Source: Burkholderiales bacterium Ga0077547
Lineage (GTDB): Bacteria > Pseudomonadota > Gammaproteobacteria > Burkholderiales > Burkholderiaceae_C
NCBI GenBank assembly: GCA_001464195.1
Contig: LNEY01000028.1
Location: 5,865-69,864 of the forward strand
Direction of reading: 5' to 3'
DNA: 64,000 nucleotides
Both the position numbers and the translations under genes were made by a program. Below are positions 12,046 through 23,065 of this stretch, one piece after another; positions within the stretch are counted from its first letter, which is position 1; each line of letters opens with the position of its first letter. The notes beneath the pieces are model-generated. The model searched no databases, was not told the origin of the DNA, and saw only the letters and a list, made by a program, of their open reading frames with translations.

Positions 12046-12861
12046 ATGGCCAGAATCATCGTCGTGACCTCCGGCAAGGGAGGCGTCGGCAAGACCACCA
12101 CCAGCGCCAGCTTTGCCTCGGGGCTTGCCCTGCGCGGACACAAGACCGCTGTCATCGATTTCGACGTCGGTCTGCGCAACCTCGATCTGATCATGGGCTG
12201 CGAGCGGCGCGTGGTGTACGACCTGATCAACGTGATCCACGGCGAGGCCAAGCTGAATCAGGCGCTGATCAAGGACAAGATGTGCGACAACCTCTTCGTG
12301 CTGGCCGCCTCCCAGACACGCGACAAGGACGCGCTGACGCAGGAAGGTGTCGAACGGGTGCTGGAAGAACTGGCAGGCATGGACTTCGAGTTCATCGTCT
12401 GCGATTCGCCTGCGGGCATCGAGACCGGTGCGCTGATGGCGATGCATTTCGCCGACGAGGCGCTGGTGGTGACCAACCCCGAGGTGTCCTCGGTGCGCGA
12501 CTCCGACCGTATCCTCGGCATGCTGCACAGCAAGACGCGCCGCGCGATCGAGAAGAAGGAGCCGATCAAGGAGCACCTGCTGATCACGCGCTACAACCCG
12601 AACCGGGTGGTCGGTGGCCAGATGCTCAGCCTGAAGGACATCTACGACATCCTGCGCGTGCGGATGATCGGCGTGATCCCGGAATCCGAATCGGTGCTCG
12701 ACGCCTCCAATCAGGGCACGCCGGCGATCCACCTCAAGGGCTCCGATGTCTCCGAGGCCTACAAGGACGTGGTCACGCGATTCCTGGGCGAGGAAACCCC
12801 GCTGCGCTTTGTCGATGCCGTGAAGCCGAGCTTCTTCAAGCGTTTGTTCGGGGGGAAGTGA
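12046..12861 (+). CDS. minD: Septum site-determining ATPase MinD
   Basis: MARIIVVTSGKGGVGKTT deviant Walker A and a C-terminal amphipathic helix (FFKRLFGGK). ATG at 12046 chosen. Confidence 0.97.
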   Translation: MARIIVVTSGKGGVGKTTTSASFASGLALRGHKTAVIDFDVGLRNLDLIMGCERRVVYDLINVIHGEAKLNQALIKDKMCDNLFVLAASQTRDKDALTQEGVERVLEELAGMDFEFIVCDSPAGIETGALMAMHFADEALVVTNPEVSSVRDSDRILGMLHSKTRRAIEKKEPIKEHLLITRYNPNRVVGGQMLSLKDIYDILRVRMIGVIPESESVLDASNQGTPAIHLKGSDVSEAYKDVVTRFLGEETPLRFVDAVKPSFFKRLFGGK

Positions 12862-12864
12862 GCG

Positions 12865-13125
12865 ATGGGTTTCCTGTCCTTCTTTCTCGGTGAAAAGACC
12901 AAGACCGCCAACGTCGCCAAGGAGCGGTTGCAGATCATCCTGGCCCACGAGCGCAACGGCCGCACCCGCGACCCGGCGTACCTGCCCGACTTGCAGCGCG
13001 AGCTGATGGCGGTGATCTCGAAGTACGTGTCGGTGGGCCCGAGCGACATCAAGGTCGAGGTGGAGCGCCAGGGCGACCTCGAGGTGCTGCAGGTGAAGAT
13101 CGAGCTGCCAGACGCTACGCGCTGA
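12865..13125 (+). CDS. minE: Cell division topological specificity factor MinE
   Basis: 86 aa. [12 protein letters not shown] motif. Immediately follows minD. Confidence 0.95.
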   Translation: MGFLSFFLGEKTKTANVAKERLQIILAHERNGRTRDPAYLPDLQRELMAVISKYVSVGPSDIKVEVERQGDLEVLQVKIELPDATR

Positions 13126-13138
13126 CGCCAGGGCCCCG

Positions 13139-13612
13139 ATGGACACGCCGCGCCCGCCGAAGATCCCCGAGTCGGTGCTGGTCGTGATCCACACCGTCGA
13201 TCTCGACGTGCTGCTGCTCGAGCGGGCGGATCGTCCCGGCTACTGGCAGAGCGTGACCGGCTCGAAGGATGCACCGGACGAGCCGTTCGAACTGACCGCG
13301 CGCCGGGAGGTGGCCGAAGAAACCGGCATCGTCGTGGGGACGGTGGACGTGCCGCGCGCGCATCTGCGAGACTGGCGCATGCGCAACGTCTACGAGATCT
13401 ACCCGGTGTGGCGGCACCGCTATGCGCCCGGAGTGACGCACAACACCGAGCATGTGTTCGGCCTGCAGGTGCCGCGCGATATCGCCATCACGCTCGCCCC
13501 GCGCGAGCACCTCCGCAGCGAATGGCTGCCGTGGCGCGAGGCGGCCGACCGCTGCTTCTCGCCATCGAACGCCGAAGCGGTGCTGCAACTGCCCAGGTTC
13601 GTCTTGGCGTGA
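13139..13612 (+). CDS. nudB: NUDIX hydrolase, dihydroneopterin triphosphate diphosphatase-like
   Basis: Nudix box REVAEETG and the YWQSVTGS motif typical of NudB/NtpA. Confidence 0.8.
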   Translation: MDTPRPPKIPESVLVVIHTVDLDVLLLERADRPGYWQSVTGSKDAPDEPFELTARREVAEETGIVVGTVDVPRAHLRDWRMRNVYEIYPVWRHRYAPGVTHNTEHVFGLQVPRDIAITLAPREHLRSEWLPWREAADRCFSPSNAEAVLQLPRFVLA

Positions 13613-14406
13613 AAGGCGTTCACCACTTGCACGCCGGCGTCTCGAAGCACCCGGGCGACGTGCTTCGCGTGGCGACGTACAACATTCACAAGGGCGTGCG
13701 CGGTGTGGGCCCGCGTCGGCGGCTTGAAATTCACAACCTGGCGCTGGGCATCGAAGCGCTGGACGCCGATCTGGTGTTTCTGCAGGAGGTGCGCAGCTCG
13801 AACCGCGCCGAGGCGCTGCAGTTCCCCGACACCCACATCGGCTGGCCGCGGATGCCCCAGGCCGACTATGTGGCCCCTGACGGCTATGCGGTGGCCTACC
13901 GCACCAATGCAATCACCCGCCATGGCGAGCATGGCAATGCATTGCTGTCGCGCTGGCCGATCGGTGACATCCGGCACCACGATGTGTCAGACCACCGTTT
14001 CGAGCAGCGGGGCTTGCTGCATGTGCCGGTGCAGTGGAATGGCACGGTGGTGCACGCCATCGTGGCTCACCTCGGCCTGATGCACGCCAGCCGGGTGCGG
14101 CAGGTGGAACGCATTGCCGACTTCATCGCCACCCACGTGCCGGAGGGGGAACATCTGGTGCTGGCGGGCGACTTCAACGACTGGGGCGAGAAGCTCGACG
14201 CACCCATCCGTCAGATGGGCCTGGAGCCAGCGCGCGTGGCGGGTCAATCGCCGCTGCGCACCTTCCCATCGCGGGTGCCGTTCTTTTCGCTGGATCGGGT
14301 CTACACCCGCGGCTTGCGCTGCACGGCCACACAGGTGCCGCGCGGGCCGGCATGGGCCCGCATGTCGGATCACCTGCCTTTGGTGGTCGAGCTCAAACTG
14401 ATCTGA
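13609..14406 (+). CDS. Endonuclease/exonuclease/phosphatase (EEP) family protein (YbhP-like)
   Basis: Motifs LRVATYNIHKG, FLQEV, GDFNDW and SDHLPLVVEL. GTG at 13609 overlaps the nudB stop, so the start is uncertain. Sits upstream of clsB as in E. coli ybhP-clsB. Confidence 0.8.
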   Translation: MKGVHHLHAGVSKHPGDVLRVATYNIHKGVRGVGPRRRLEIHNLALGIEALDADLVFLQEVRSSNRAEALQFPDTHIGWPRMPQADYVAPDGYAVAYRTNAITRHGEHGNALLSRWPIGDIRHHDVSDHRFEQRGLLHVPVQWNGTVVHAIVAHLGLMHASRVRQVERIADFIATHVPEGEHLVLAGDFNDWGEKLDAPIRQMGLEPARVAGQSPLRTFPSRVPFFSLDRVYTRGLRCTATQVPRGPAWARMSDHLPLVVELKLI

Positions 14407-14413
14407 TCGGCCG

Positions 14414-15727
14414 ATGCCGAACGCCGACGACTTTGCTGCACGCGCCAGCGCCGAGCGTTCCGCGCTCGAGCAGATGTGGGGCGCAGTGCCCCGGCCGGTG
14501 TTCAGTGGCGGCAACCAGGTGTCGCTGCTGCGGGGCGGCGATGCGCTGTTCCCGGCGATGGTTCGTGCCATCGAGGCCGCGCGCCATGAGGTCTGCGTAG
14601 CGACCTACATCTTTCACGATGATCCTGCTGCCGACCGGGTCGCCGACGCACTGATCCGCGCTGCACAACGCGGCATCGCGGTCAAGGTGGTGATCGACGG
14701 TTTCGGTACCTTGGGGGGCGTCAGTGCCCTGCAGCACCGTCTGCGCGACGGTGGTGTGCAGGTGGCTGTGTACCGACCGATCGATCGCTGGTGGAACTGG
14801 CTTCAACCTGGTCAGCTGCGACGCCTGCACCTGAAGCTGTGCGTGGTCGATGCCGAGATCGGCTTCGTGGGCGGTATCAATCTGATGGACGACCGCTGTG
14901 ACCTCAACCACGGCTGGAGCGACGCACCGCGCCTCGACTTCGCGGTGCAGGCGAGCGGCCCGATCACCGGCCCGATCCATCAGGCGGCGATCGCCGTCTG
15001 GTCACGTGCGCGGGTGGGCCGTACCTTCAAGGACGAGGCGCTCGCCATCGCGCGCGGTGCAGAGCCGTTGGCCCGGGTGCGCCGACTGATCAAGCGCCTG
15101 CGGCTGAACGGACCGCGCGGCATGCAGGCGACGCCGGGCGATCTGGACCCCATGCACGCGGCCTTCGTGCTGCGCGACAACGTGCGCCAGCGCCGCACCA
15201 TCGAGCGCGCCTACATCGATGCGATCCGATCGGCACGAACACGGGTCGATCTGATCTCGCCATACTTCTACCCAGGCCGCCTGTTCCGCCGCGCGCTGCG
15301 TCAGGCGGCCAAGCGAGGTGTGCAGGTACGCCTGCTGCTGCAGGGCAAGCTCGACTACCGCATCGCTGGGCTGGCGGCACGCGCGCTCTATGACGAGCTG
15401 CTGGGACATGGCGTGCGCATCTACGAATACACCCCCGCGTACCTGCATGCCAAGATTGCCGTCATCGATGACGAATGGGCGACGGTCGGCAGCTCGAACA
15501 TCGATCCGCTGTCGCTGCTGCTGAACCTTGAAGCCAACGTCATCGTCCGAGATGCAGCGTTCAACGCCGAGTTGTCGGCCGAGTTCAATGCCGCCATCGC
15601 GGTGTCCGAAGAAATCGACCCGACGCAGAAGTACCGCCCGGGCATGCTGGGTGCGCTGCGACGCGGCGCGGTGGCCTGGGTCTCCTACGTGTATTTGAGG
15701 GTCGCGGGGGCCACGGGGCGCTATTGA
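14414..15727 (+). CDS. clsB: Cardiolipin synthase ClsB (PLD superfamily)
   Basis: Two HKD motifs (HLKLCVVD...GGINL and LHAKIAVIDDEWATVGSSNID). No N-terminal TM helices, as in ClsB. Confidence 0.9.
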   Translation: MPNADDFAARASAERSALEQMWGAVPRPVFSGGNQVSLLRGGDALFPAMVRAIEAARHEVCVATYIFHDDPAADRVADALIRAAQRGIAVKVVIDGFGTLGGVSALQHRLRDGGVQVAVYRPIDRWWNWLQPGQLRRLHLKLCVVDAEIGFVGGINLMDDRCDLNHGWSDAPRLDFAVQASGPITGPIHQAAIAVWSRARVGRTFKDEALAIARGAEPLARVRRLIKRLRLNGPRGMQATPGDLDPMHAAFVLRDNVRQRRTIERAYIDAIRSARTRVDLISPYFYPGRLFRRALRQAAKRGVQVRLLLQGKLDYRIAGLAARALYDELLGHGVRIYEYTPAYLHAKIAVIDDEWATVGSSNIDPLSLLLNLEANVIVRDAAFNAELSAEFNAAIAVSEEIDPTQKYRPGMLGALRRGAVAWVSYVYLRVAGATGRY

Positions 15728-15736
15728 TCTAGTCTC

Positions 15737-16849
15737 GTGGACATGGCTGTTGCCGACACCGATCTGATCATCGAGCGACCCGCGGGCCTGTACTGCCCGG
15801 CCGGCGATTTCTATATCGACCCGTGGCGGCCGGTCGATCGCGCGGTGATCACCCATGCGCATGCCGATCACGCCCGCACGGGGCATGCGCACTACCTGGC
15901 GTCGGCGGCGTCGGCGGGCGTGCTGCGATCACGCCTCGGGTCCATCGAACTGCAGACGGCGGCCTATGGCGAAGTGATCGAGCACCGAGGCGTGCGTGTC
16001 AGCCTGCACCCTGCCGGGCATGTGCTGGGCTCCTCGCAGGTGCGCATCGAGCAGGGCGGGCGGGTCTGGGTGGCGTCTGGCGACTACTTTGTCAGCGGGG
16101 CGCCAGCGGATCACAACCCCACCTGCGTCCCGTTCGAGCCGGTGCGCTGCGACTGTTTCATCACCGAGAGCACCTTCGGGCTGCCGATCTATCGCTGGCG
16201 GCCGCAGAGCGAGGTCTATGCCGACATCAATGCCTGGTGGAGCGTCAACGCCGACGCGGGCCGGGCCAGCTTGCTCATGGGCTACAGCTTTGGCAAGGCG
16301 CAGCGGCTGCTGGCGGGGCTCGACGAGCGCATCGGGCCCATCGTCGTGCATGCGGCGGTTGAGCCCTTGAACCGTGCCTACCGGGAGCAGGGCGTGCGGC
16401 TGCCGGCCACGCAGTTGCTCAGTGAGGTGAGCGACAAGGCGAGTCTGCGGCGTGCGATCGCGATCGGTCCGCCGTCGGTGCAGGGCAGTAGTTGGGCGCG
16501 TGCCTTCACTGTCGGTGGCGTCGAGGCCAGCGACGCCTTTGCCAGCGGCTGGATGCAGCTGCGCGGCGCGCGCCGCCGCCGTGCGGTGGACCGCGGTTTC
16601 GTCATGAGCGACCACGCCGACTGGCCCGGTTTGCAGCGCGCCATCGCGGCCACGGGCGCTGAGCGCGTCATCGTGACGCATGGCTACGAAGCGGTGATGG
16701 TGCGCTGGCTGGAGCAGCAGGGATTGCAGGCGGGGTCGTTTCGCACCGAGTTCGGCCGCGAGGAGGGTGCCGAGGCGACGCCAGCGCCAGTCGCTGAGGG
16801 CCACGAGCCGGACGCGCCTACCGCCAACCCGATCGGAGTGCCGCGTTGA
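15737..16849 (+). CDS. Ligase-associated DNA damage response exonuclease (metallo-beta-lactamase/beta-CASP fold)
   Basis: GLYCPAGDFYIDPWRPVDRAVITHAHADHAR motif. 4-nt overlap with the downstream ATP-dependent ligase. GTG 15737; alternative ATG at 15743. Confidence 0.88.
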   Translation: MDMAVADTDLIIERPAGLYCPAGDFYIDPWRPVDRAVITHAHADHARTGHAHYLASAASAGVLRSRLGSIELQTAAYGEVIEHRGVRVSLHPAGHVLGSSQVRIEQGGRVWVASGDYFVSGAPADHNPTCVPFEPVRCDCFITESTFGLPIYRWRPQSEVYADINAWWSVNADAGRASLLMGYSFGKAQRLLAGLDERIGPIVVHAAVEPLNRAYREQGVRLPATQLLSEVSDKASLRRAIAIGPPSVQGSSWARAFTVGGVEASDAFASGWMQLRGARRRRAVDRGFVMSDHADWPGLQRAIAATGAERVIVTHGYEAVMVRWLEQQGLQAGSFRTEFGREEGAEATPAPVAEGHEPDAPTANPIGVPR

Positions 16850-18609
16850 GACGATTCGCCGCGCTGTTCGCCGAACTCGACGCCAGCACGGCGACCACCG
16901 CCAAGGTCGAGGCGCTGAAGCGCTACTTCGCCATCGCCGATCCTGCTGATGCAGCCTGGGCTGTGTATTTTCTGGCTGGCGGCAAGCCACGCCAGGTCGT
17001 GCCCACCAGCGTGCTGCGCGCGTTGGCTTGCGCCCGCGCTGGCATCGATGACTGGCTGTTCGAGGAGTGCTATCAGGCGGTCGGCGACCTGGCCGAGACG
17101 ATCGCTCGTGTGTTGCCGCCAGCGGCGAGGCGCGGTGATGTCGGCCTCGCCGTTTGGATTGAAGAGCGCCTGCTGCCGCTGCGTGACGAGACACCCGAGA
17201 CCCAGGCGGTGCGCATCTCTCAGTACTGGGACGAGCTCGATGCTGGCGAGCGGTTCCTGTTGACCAAGCTGATCGGCGGCGGCTTTCGTGTCGGCGTCAG
17301 CAGGCTGCTGGTGCAGCGTGCGCTGGCCGAGTGGACTGGGCTCGATGCCAAGGTGATTGCCCAGCGGATGATGGGCAGCACCGACAAGACCGCGCGACCC
17401 GATGCCACCAGCTTTGCGCGGCTGGTGTCGCATGAGGCCGAACCGGGGCGTGATGGGGGCCAGCCGTACCCGTTCTTCTTGGCGCACCCGGTCGACGCGG
17501 CAATCAGCGATTTCGATGCGGTGCTGGGCCCACCCAGCGACTGGCTGGTGGAGTGGAAATACGACGGCATCCGTGCACAGGTGGTGTGGCGGGCCGGGCA
17601 GGTTTGGATCTGGTCGCGCGGCGAGGAACTTGTCACCGAGCGCTTCCCTGAAGTCGTGGCCCTGGCGCAGCGCTGGCCCGATGGCACGGTGCTCGACGGT
17701 GAGATTCTGGTCTGGCCCTCAGGCAGCGATCGTCCTGCGCCATTCAACCAGTTGCAGCAGCGGATCGGTCGCAAGAACCTGACGAAGAAGATCCTCGCCG
17801 ATGTGCCGGTGACCTTCATGGCCTACGACCTGCTGGAGCAAGGCGGTGTCGATCTGCGCGAGCAACCGCAGCATCTTCGGCGCGCCACTCTGGAGGCGCT
17901 GGCGGTCGACGCACCATCGCTGCGCCTGTCTCCGCTGTTGCATGGCACCTGGCCCGAACTCGCGGCGCTGCGCACGCAATCGCGCGGTCGCGGTGTCGAG
18001 GGATTCATGCTCAAGCACCGCCATGCGAAGTACGGCAGCGGACGCCGCAAGCAGCTCGATGCAGCATCTGGCTCGACCGTGCTCGCCTGGTGGAAATGGA
18101 AGGTCGAGCCGCTGAGCGCCGACGCGGTGCTGATCTACGCGCAGGCCGGTCATGGCCGGCGTGCCAGTGTCTACACCGACTACACCTTTGCCGTGTGGAA
18201 CCGCCCGCCGCGCGATGCGGCCGAGGCGCAGGCGGTGGTCGAGGCGATCGCGGCGCGCCAGCCGGCGCAGCCCGACGGCTTGCAGCTGGTCGCGTTTGCC
18301 AAGGCCTACGGCGGCTTGAGCGACGAAGAGTTCAAGGCGGTCGACCGCGTGATCCGACAGACCACGCTGGAAAAATTCGGCCCGGTGCGCAGCGTGCGGC
18401 CCACGATGGTGTTCGAGTTGGGCTTCGAGGGGCTCGGCCGCAGCACCCGCCACAAGAGCGGCATCGCGGTGCGGTTTCCCAGAATGCTGAGAATCCGCCA
18501 TGACAAGTCGCTGCACGAAGCCGACACACTTGCGACGCTCGAAGCGCTGATGCCACCTGGAGAGCCTGCTGATGAACACGACGGACAAGAACACCACGAC
18601 AAACCTTGA
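16846..18609 (+). CDS. ATP-dependent DNA ligase (ligase-associated damage response type)
   Basis: Adenylation motif I EWKYDGIR and N-terminal FAALFAELDASTATTAKVEALKRYF. TTG start overlaps the exonuclease stop (TTGA). Confidence 0.9.
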   Translation: MRRFAALFAELDASTATTAKVEALKRYFAIADPADAAWAVYFLAGGKPRQVVPTSVLRALACARAGIDDWLFEECYQAVGDLAETIARVLPPAARRGDVGLAVWIEERLLPLRDETPETQAVRISQYWDELDAGERFLLTKLIGGGFRVGVSRLLVQRALAEWTGLDAKVIAQRMMGSTDKTARPDATSFARLVSHEAEPGRDGGQPYPFFLAHPVDAAISDFDAVLGPPSDWLVEWKYDGIRAQVVWRAGQVWIWSRGEELVTERFPEVVALAQRWPDGTVLDGEILVWPSGSDRPAPFNQLQQRIGRKNLTKKILADVPVTFMAYDLLEQGGVDLREQPQHLRRATLEALAVDAPSLRLSPLLHGTWPELAALRTQSRGRGVEGFMLKHRHAKYGSGRRKQLDAASGSTVLAWWKWKVEPLSADAVLIYAQAGHGRRASVYTDYTFAVWNRPPRDAAEAQAVVEAIAARQPAQPDGLQLVAFAKAYGGLSDEEFKAVDRVIRQTTLEKFGPVRSVRPTMVFELGFEGLGRSTRHKSGIAVRFPRMLRIRHDKSLHEADTLATLEALMPPGEPADEHDGQEHHDKP

Positions 18610-19990
18610 CTGCGACCTGCTGGTGATCGGCGCCGGCAGCGGCGGCGTACGGGCAGGGCGTTTCGCGGCGCAGCGTGGCGTCCGGGTGATCGTGGTCGAA
18701 GGCGGTGCGCTCGGCGGCACCTGCGTCAACGTCGGCTGTATCCCCAAGAAGCTGTACAGCTACGCGGCCCACTACGCCGAGGCCTTCGAGCAGTCGCACG
18801 GATTTGGCTGGCAAGCGGTCAAGCCGCATTTCGATTGGGCTGTTCTGAAGGCCCGCCGCGCTGCCGAGATCAACCGGCTGAACGGCATCTACGACGGCTT
18901 GCTGAAGTCGGCCGGGGCCACGCTGGTGCAAGGCTGGGCGAGCGTGGTCGATCCGCACACGGTGGCCGTTCGACCGGTTTCTGGCGGCATGGACTCGGAG
19001 GTGAAGCACTACACGGCACGCCACATCCTGCTCGCCACAGGCGGCCAGCCACAGAAGGTCGATGGGCCGGGAGCCGAGTGGGCGCTGACGTCGGACGACA
19101 TGTTCGACCTCGATCCATTCCCGCGCCGATTGGTGGTCGTCGGTGGCGGCTACATCGCGTGCGAGTTCGCATCGATCTTCAACGGTCTGGGTGCGCAGGT
19201 GACTCTGGTGCACCGTGGCCCCAGGCTGCTGCGTGGCTTTGACCACGAGGTGGCCGATTTCGTCACTGCCGAGATGCGCAAGAAGGGCATCACGGTGCAT
19301 CTTCAGTCCACGATTGCCGAGGCGCAGCGTCATGGTGGCGTACAGATGCTGCGATTGAAGCAAGCCACAGGCGACGCTGCGGTGATCGAGGCCGATGCGG
19401 TGCTACACGCCACCGGCCGCATCCCGCGCACCCGCGGCCTGGGGCTGGAGGCGCTCGGCATCACGCTGAATGCGAACGGCACGGTGCCCGTCGATGCGCA
19501 TTTCCAGACGGTGGTGCCCTCGGTGCACGCGCTGGGCGACCTGGTCGGCCACATGGCCTTGACGCCGATCGCCCTGGGCGAGGCCATGTTGCTGGTCGAC
19601 CACCTGTTCGGCGATGGGGTGCGCCAACCGATCGATTACGCGCTGGTGCCCACCGCCGTGTTCACCCACCCCAATATCGGCACGGTGGGCCTGGGCGAAG
19701 AAGCCGCCCGTGCGCGTGGACCGGTGCGGATCTACCGCAGCGACTTCAAACCACTGCAGCACACGCTCAGCGGCAGCTCTGAGCGCACGTTGATGAAGAT
19801 CGTCGTCGACGATGCGTCAGACCGCGTGCTGGGCATGCACATGGTCGGCGCCGAGGCCGGGGAGGTGATCCAGGGCTTTGCGGCTGCGCTGCAGGGGGGG
19901 CTGACCAAGGCCCAGCTGGACCGCACCATCGGGATCCACCCGACCGGCGCGGAGGAGTTCGTCACGATGCGAGAGCTGGCCCGGCGGTGA
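18572..19990 (+). CDS. gor: Glutathione-disulfide reductase
   Basis: LLVIGAGSGGV FAD site, redox-active GGTCVNVGCIPKK, C-terminal HPTGAEE. ATG 18572 lies 38 nt inside the ligase gene. Confidence 0.9.
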   Translation: MNTTDKNTTTNLDCDLLVIGAGSGGVRAGRFAAQRGVRVIVVEGGALGGTCVNVGCIPKKLYSYAAHYAEAFEQSHGFGWQAVKPHFDWAVLKARRAAEINRLNGIYDGLLKSAGATLVQGWASVVDPHTVAVRPVSGGMDSEVKHYTARHILLATGGQPQKVDGPGAEWALTSDDMFDLDPFPRRLVVVGGGYIACEFASIFNGLGAQVTLVHRGPRLLRGFDHEVADFVTAEMRKKGITVHLQSTIAEAQRHGGVQMLRLKQATGDAAVIEADAVLHATGRIPRTRGLGLEALGITLNANGTVPVDAHFQTVVPSVHALGDLVGHMALTPIALGEAMLLVDHLFGDGVRQPIDYALVPTAVFTHPNIGTVGLGEEAARARGPVRIYRSDFKPLQHTLSGSSERTLMKIVVDDASDRVLGMHMVGAEAGEVIQGFAAALQGGLTKAQLDRTIGIHPTGAEEFVTMRELARR

Positions 19991-20020
19991 GATTCAGCGG
20001 CGCTGACGGCCGCCACAGGC

Positions 20021-20545
20021 TCAGCGCATCGTGTAGCCGCGTGCATCCATGCAGGCTTCGGTCGCACGGTTGAACACGCTGCTGTCGGCCATGGCGCTGG
20101 GCTGGGTGGTCGCCCAGCGGTTGCAATCCTGGCGGTCGGCTTCGATCTGCTGTGCGTTCTGGCCGTTGCGCGGGTAGATGATGGGTTCGGGTGGAGACTT
20201 CGCCACCGGTTCCTGGCGAGGCACTTCGCGGTAGACGGGCGCAGGGACCTCGCGGTACACCACCGATGGCGGATCCACGTAGACGTAGCTCGGTGGGTAG
20301 GCCGGAACGATCACGCTGGAATACACCGGCGGCCCATAGCTGTAGCTGCTGTACCCATGACGGGATCCGGCCAGCCAGCCCAGACCCACCCCCAACCCCA
20401 GGCCGATGCCCACCGCACCCCAGCCCGGGCCGTGACCGCCTCGGTGACCACCTCGCCTGTAGGCCTGGGCATCCGCTGGCGCCAAAGTGACTGCCAGCAA
20501 GACCGCCGCAAGAGCCGAGACGCAGCCACGTGTCAAGGTCTTCAT
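20021..20545 (-). CDS. Secreted glycine-zipper / Pro-Tyr-rich protein, function unknown
   Basis: Signal peptide MKTLTRGCVSALAAVLLAVTLAPADA, glycine zipper GWGAVGIGLGLGVGLGWLAG, a P/Y/V-rich segment, and a Cys-containing C-terminal domain. Confidence 0.65.
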   Translation of the reverse strand: MKTLTRGCVSALAAVLLAVTLAPADAQAYRRGGHRGGHGPGWGAVGIGLGLGVGLGWLAGSRHGYSSYSYGPPVYSSVIVPAYPPSYVYVDPPSVVYREVPAPVYREVPRQEPVAKSPPEPIIYPRNGQNAQQIEADRQDCNRWATTQPSAMADSSVFNRATEACMDARGYTMR

Positions 20546-20631
20546 GATCGCTTCCTTTGTTTGCCGGATGACACGGCTGCAAGCATAGACCTGCGTGCAG
20601 TCCGCCCGTTCCCTGTCCTGTGTAAAGCTAG

Positions 20632-22271
<1,640 letters not shown>

Positions 22272-22515
22272 CGCACGCGACTCGAACCACCGGCGCAACA
22301 GCGTTCGCTCATCGTTGGCTGTCTGCGTAGCGTTCTTGGCAGATCCCGTGCAGCTTTTCCGGCGGCGTCGGTGCCGCGACCATGCACTTCTGAGGAAGGT
22401 ACATCGCGCCCGCCAGTACCTTCTTCAGGAGCAAGCGGAACCGGGGGCGGGCTGATCCGAGTGGCTCAGCCCGCCGTCGGCGCGGGTGACCCCGCGTCGA
22501 CGGTCAGAGATCAGG

Positions 22516-22836
22516 TCAGACGACCCGGTGCTCTTCGTTGAACAGCATCACGATCTTCGAGCCATCGAGGAAGTTCGGGATGTCGGCAGCAGTTGCTTGG
22601 CCTTCAGGGCTCCCCCATGAGCGTTGCAGTGCGCCCATGTCGGCGAACTGAAGCAGGGCGACGCCGTCATACGCCGGTGCGCCGTTGGCTGGTGCCACGC
22701 CGCCGTGGTATTGCACGTACTTGATGACTTCAGGCATCTTCCCGCCGATAGGCGCGTGCACGTTCTTCCAATAGGTGCTGAACTGTTCGAAGCTCATGTC
22801 TGCGCGGCGGGTAAGTAGGACCAACTGAGTGACCAT
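22516..22836 (-). CDS. EthD family reductase
   Basis: About 106 aa starting MVTQLVLLTRRADMSFEQFSTYWKNVHAP, the typical EthD-domain opening. ATG 22834-22836. Confidence 0.7.
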   Translation of the reverse strand: MVTQLVLLTRRADMSFEQFSTYWKNVHAPIGGKMPEVIKYVQYHGGVAPANGAPAYDGVALLQFADMGALQRSWGSPEGQATAADIPNFLDGSKIVMLFNEEHRVV

Positions 22837-23065
22837 CGTATCTCCAAGGTTTAGGTGAAAAGAGGGTCGCGACCGTAACACAACCGGCGCGTCTGCGGCA
22901 AGAGTATTCGAGGTTCCCAGCCACCCTGTCGTGGTCGTTCGAGGACGCGATCAACTGTGTCAAGGGGATGTCAAAGGCGGAGACCTGATCGCTATCCCGC
23001 GGTTGCATCGACCCCGCGCGGAGCAGTACACTGCTTAGCTCCCATAAGCTACCTGAGGACCCCAC

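Noticed and set aside
22299-22440. Possible small minus-strand ORF (MYLPQKCMVAAPTPPEKLHGICQERYADSQR, 31 aa) between the EthD gene and the 141-aa membrane ORF, next to a hairpin at 22446-22475.
   Set aside because: It has no RBS, no recognisable motif, and is too short to support from sequence alone.
22990-23010. TTGCA element upstream of the alcohol dehydrogenase gene as a sigma-54 -12 box.
   Set aside because: There is no GG at the required -24 spacing, so the site does not fit TGGCAC-N5-TTGCA.
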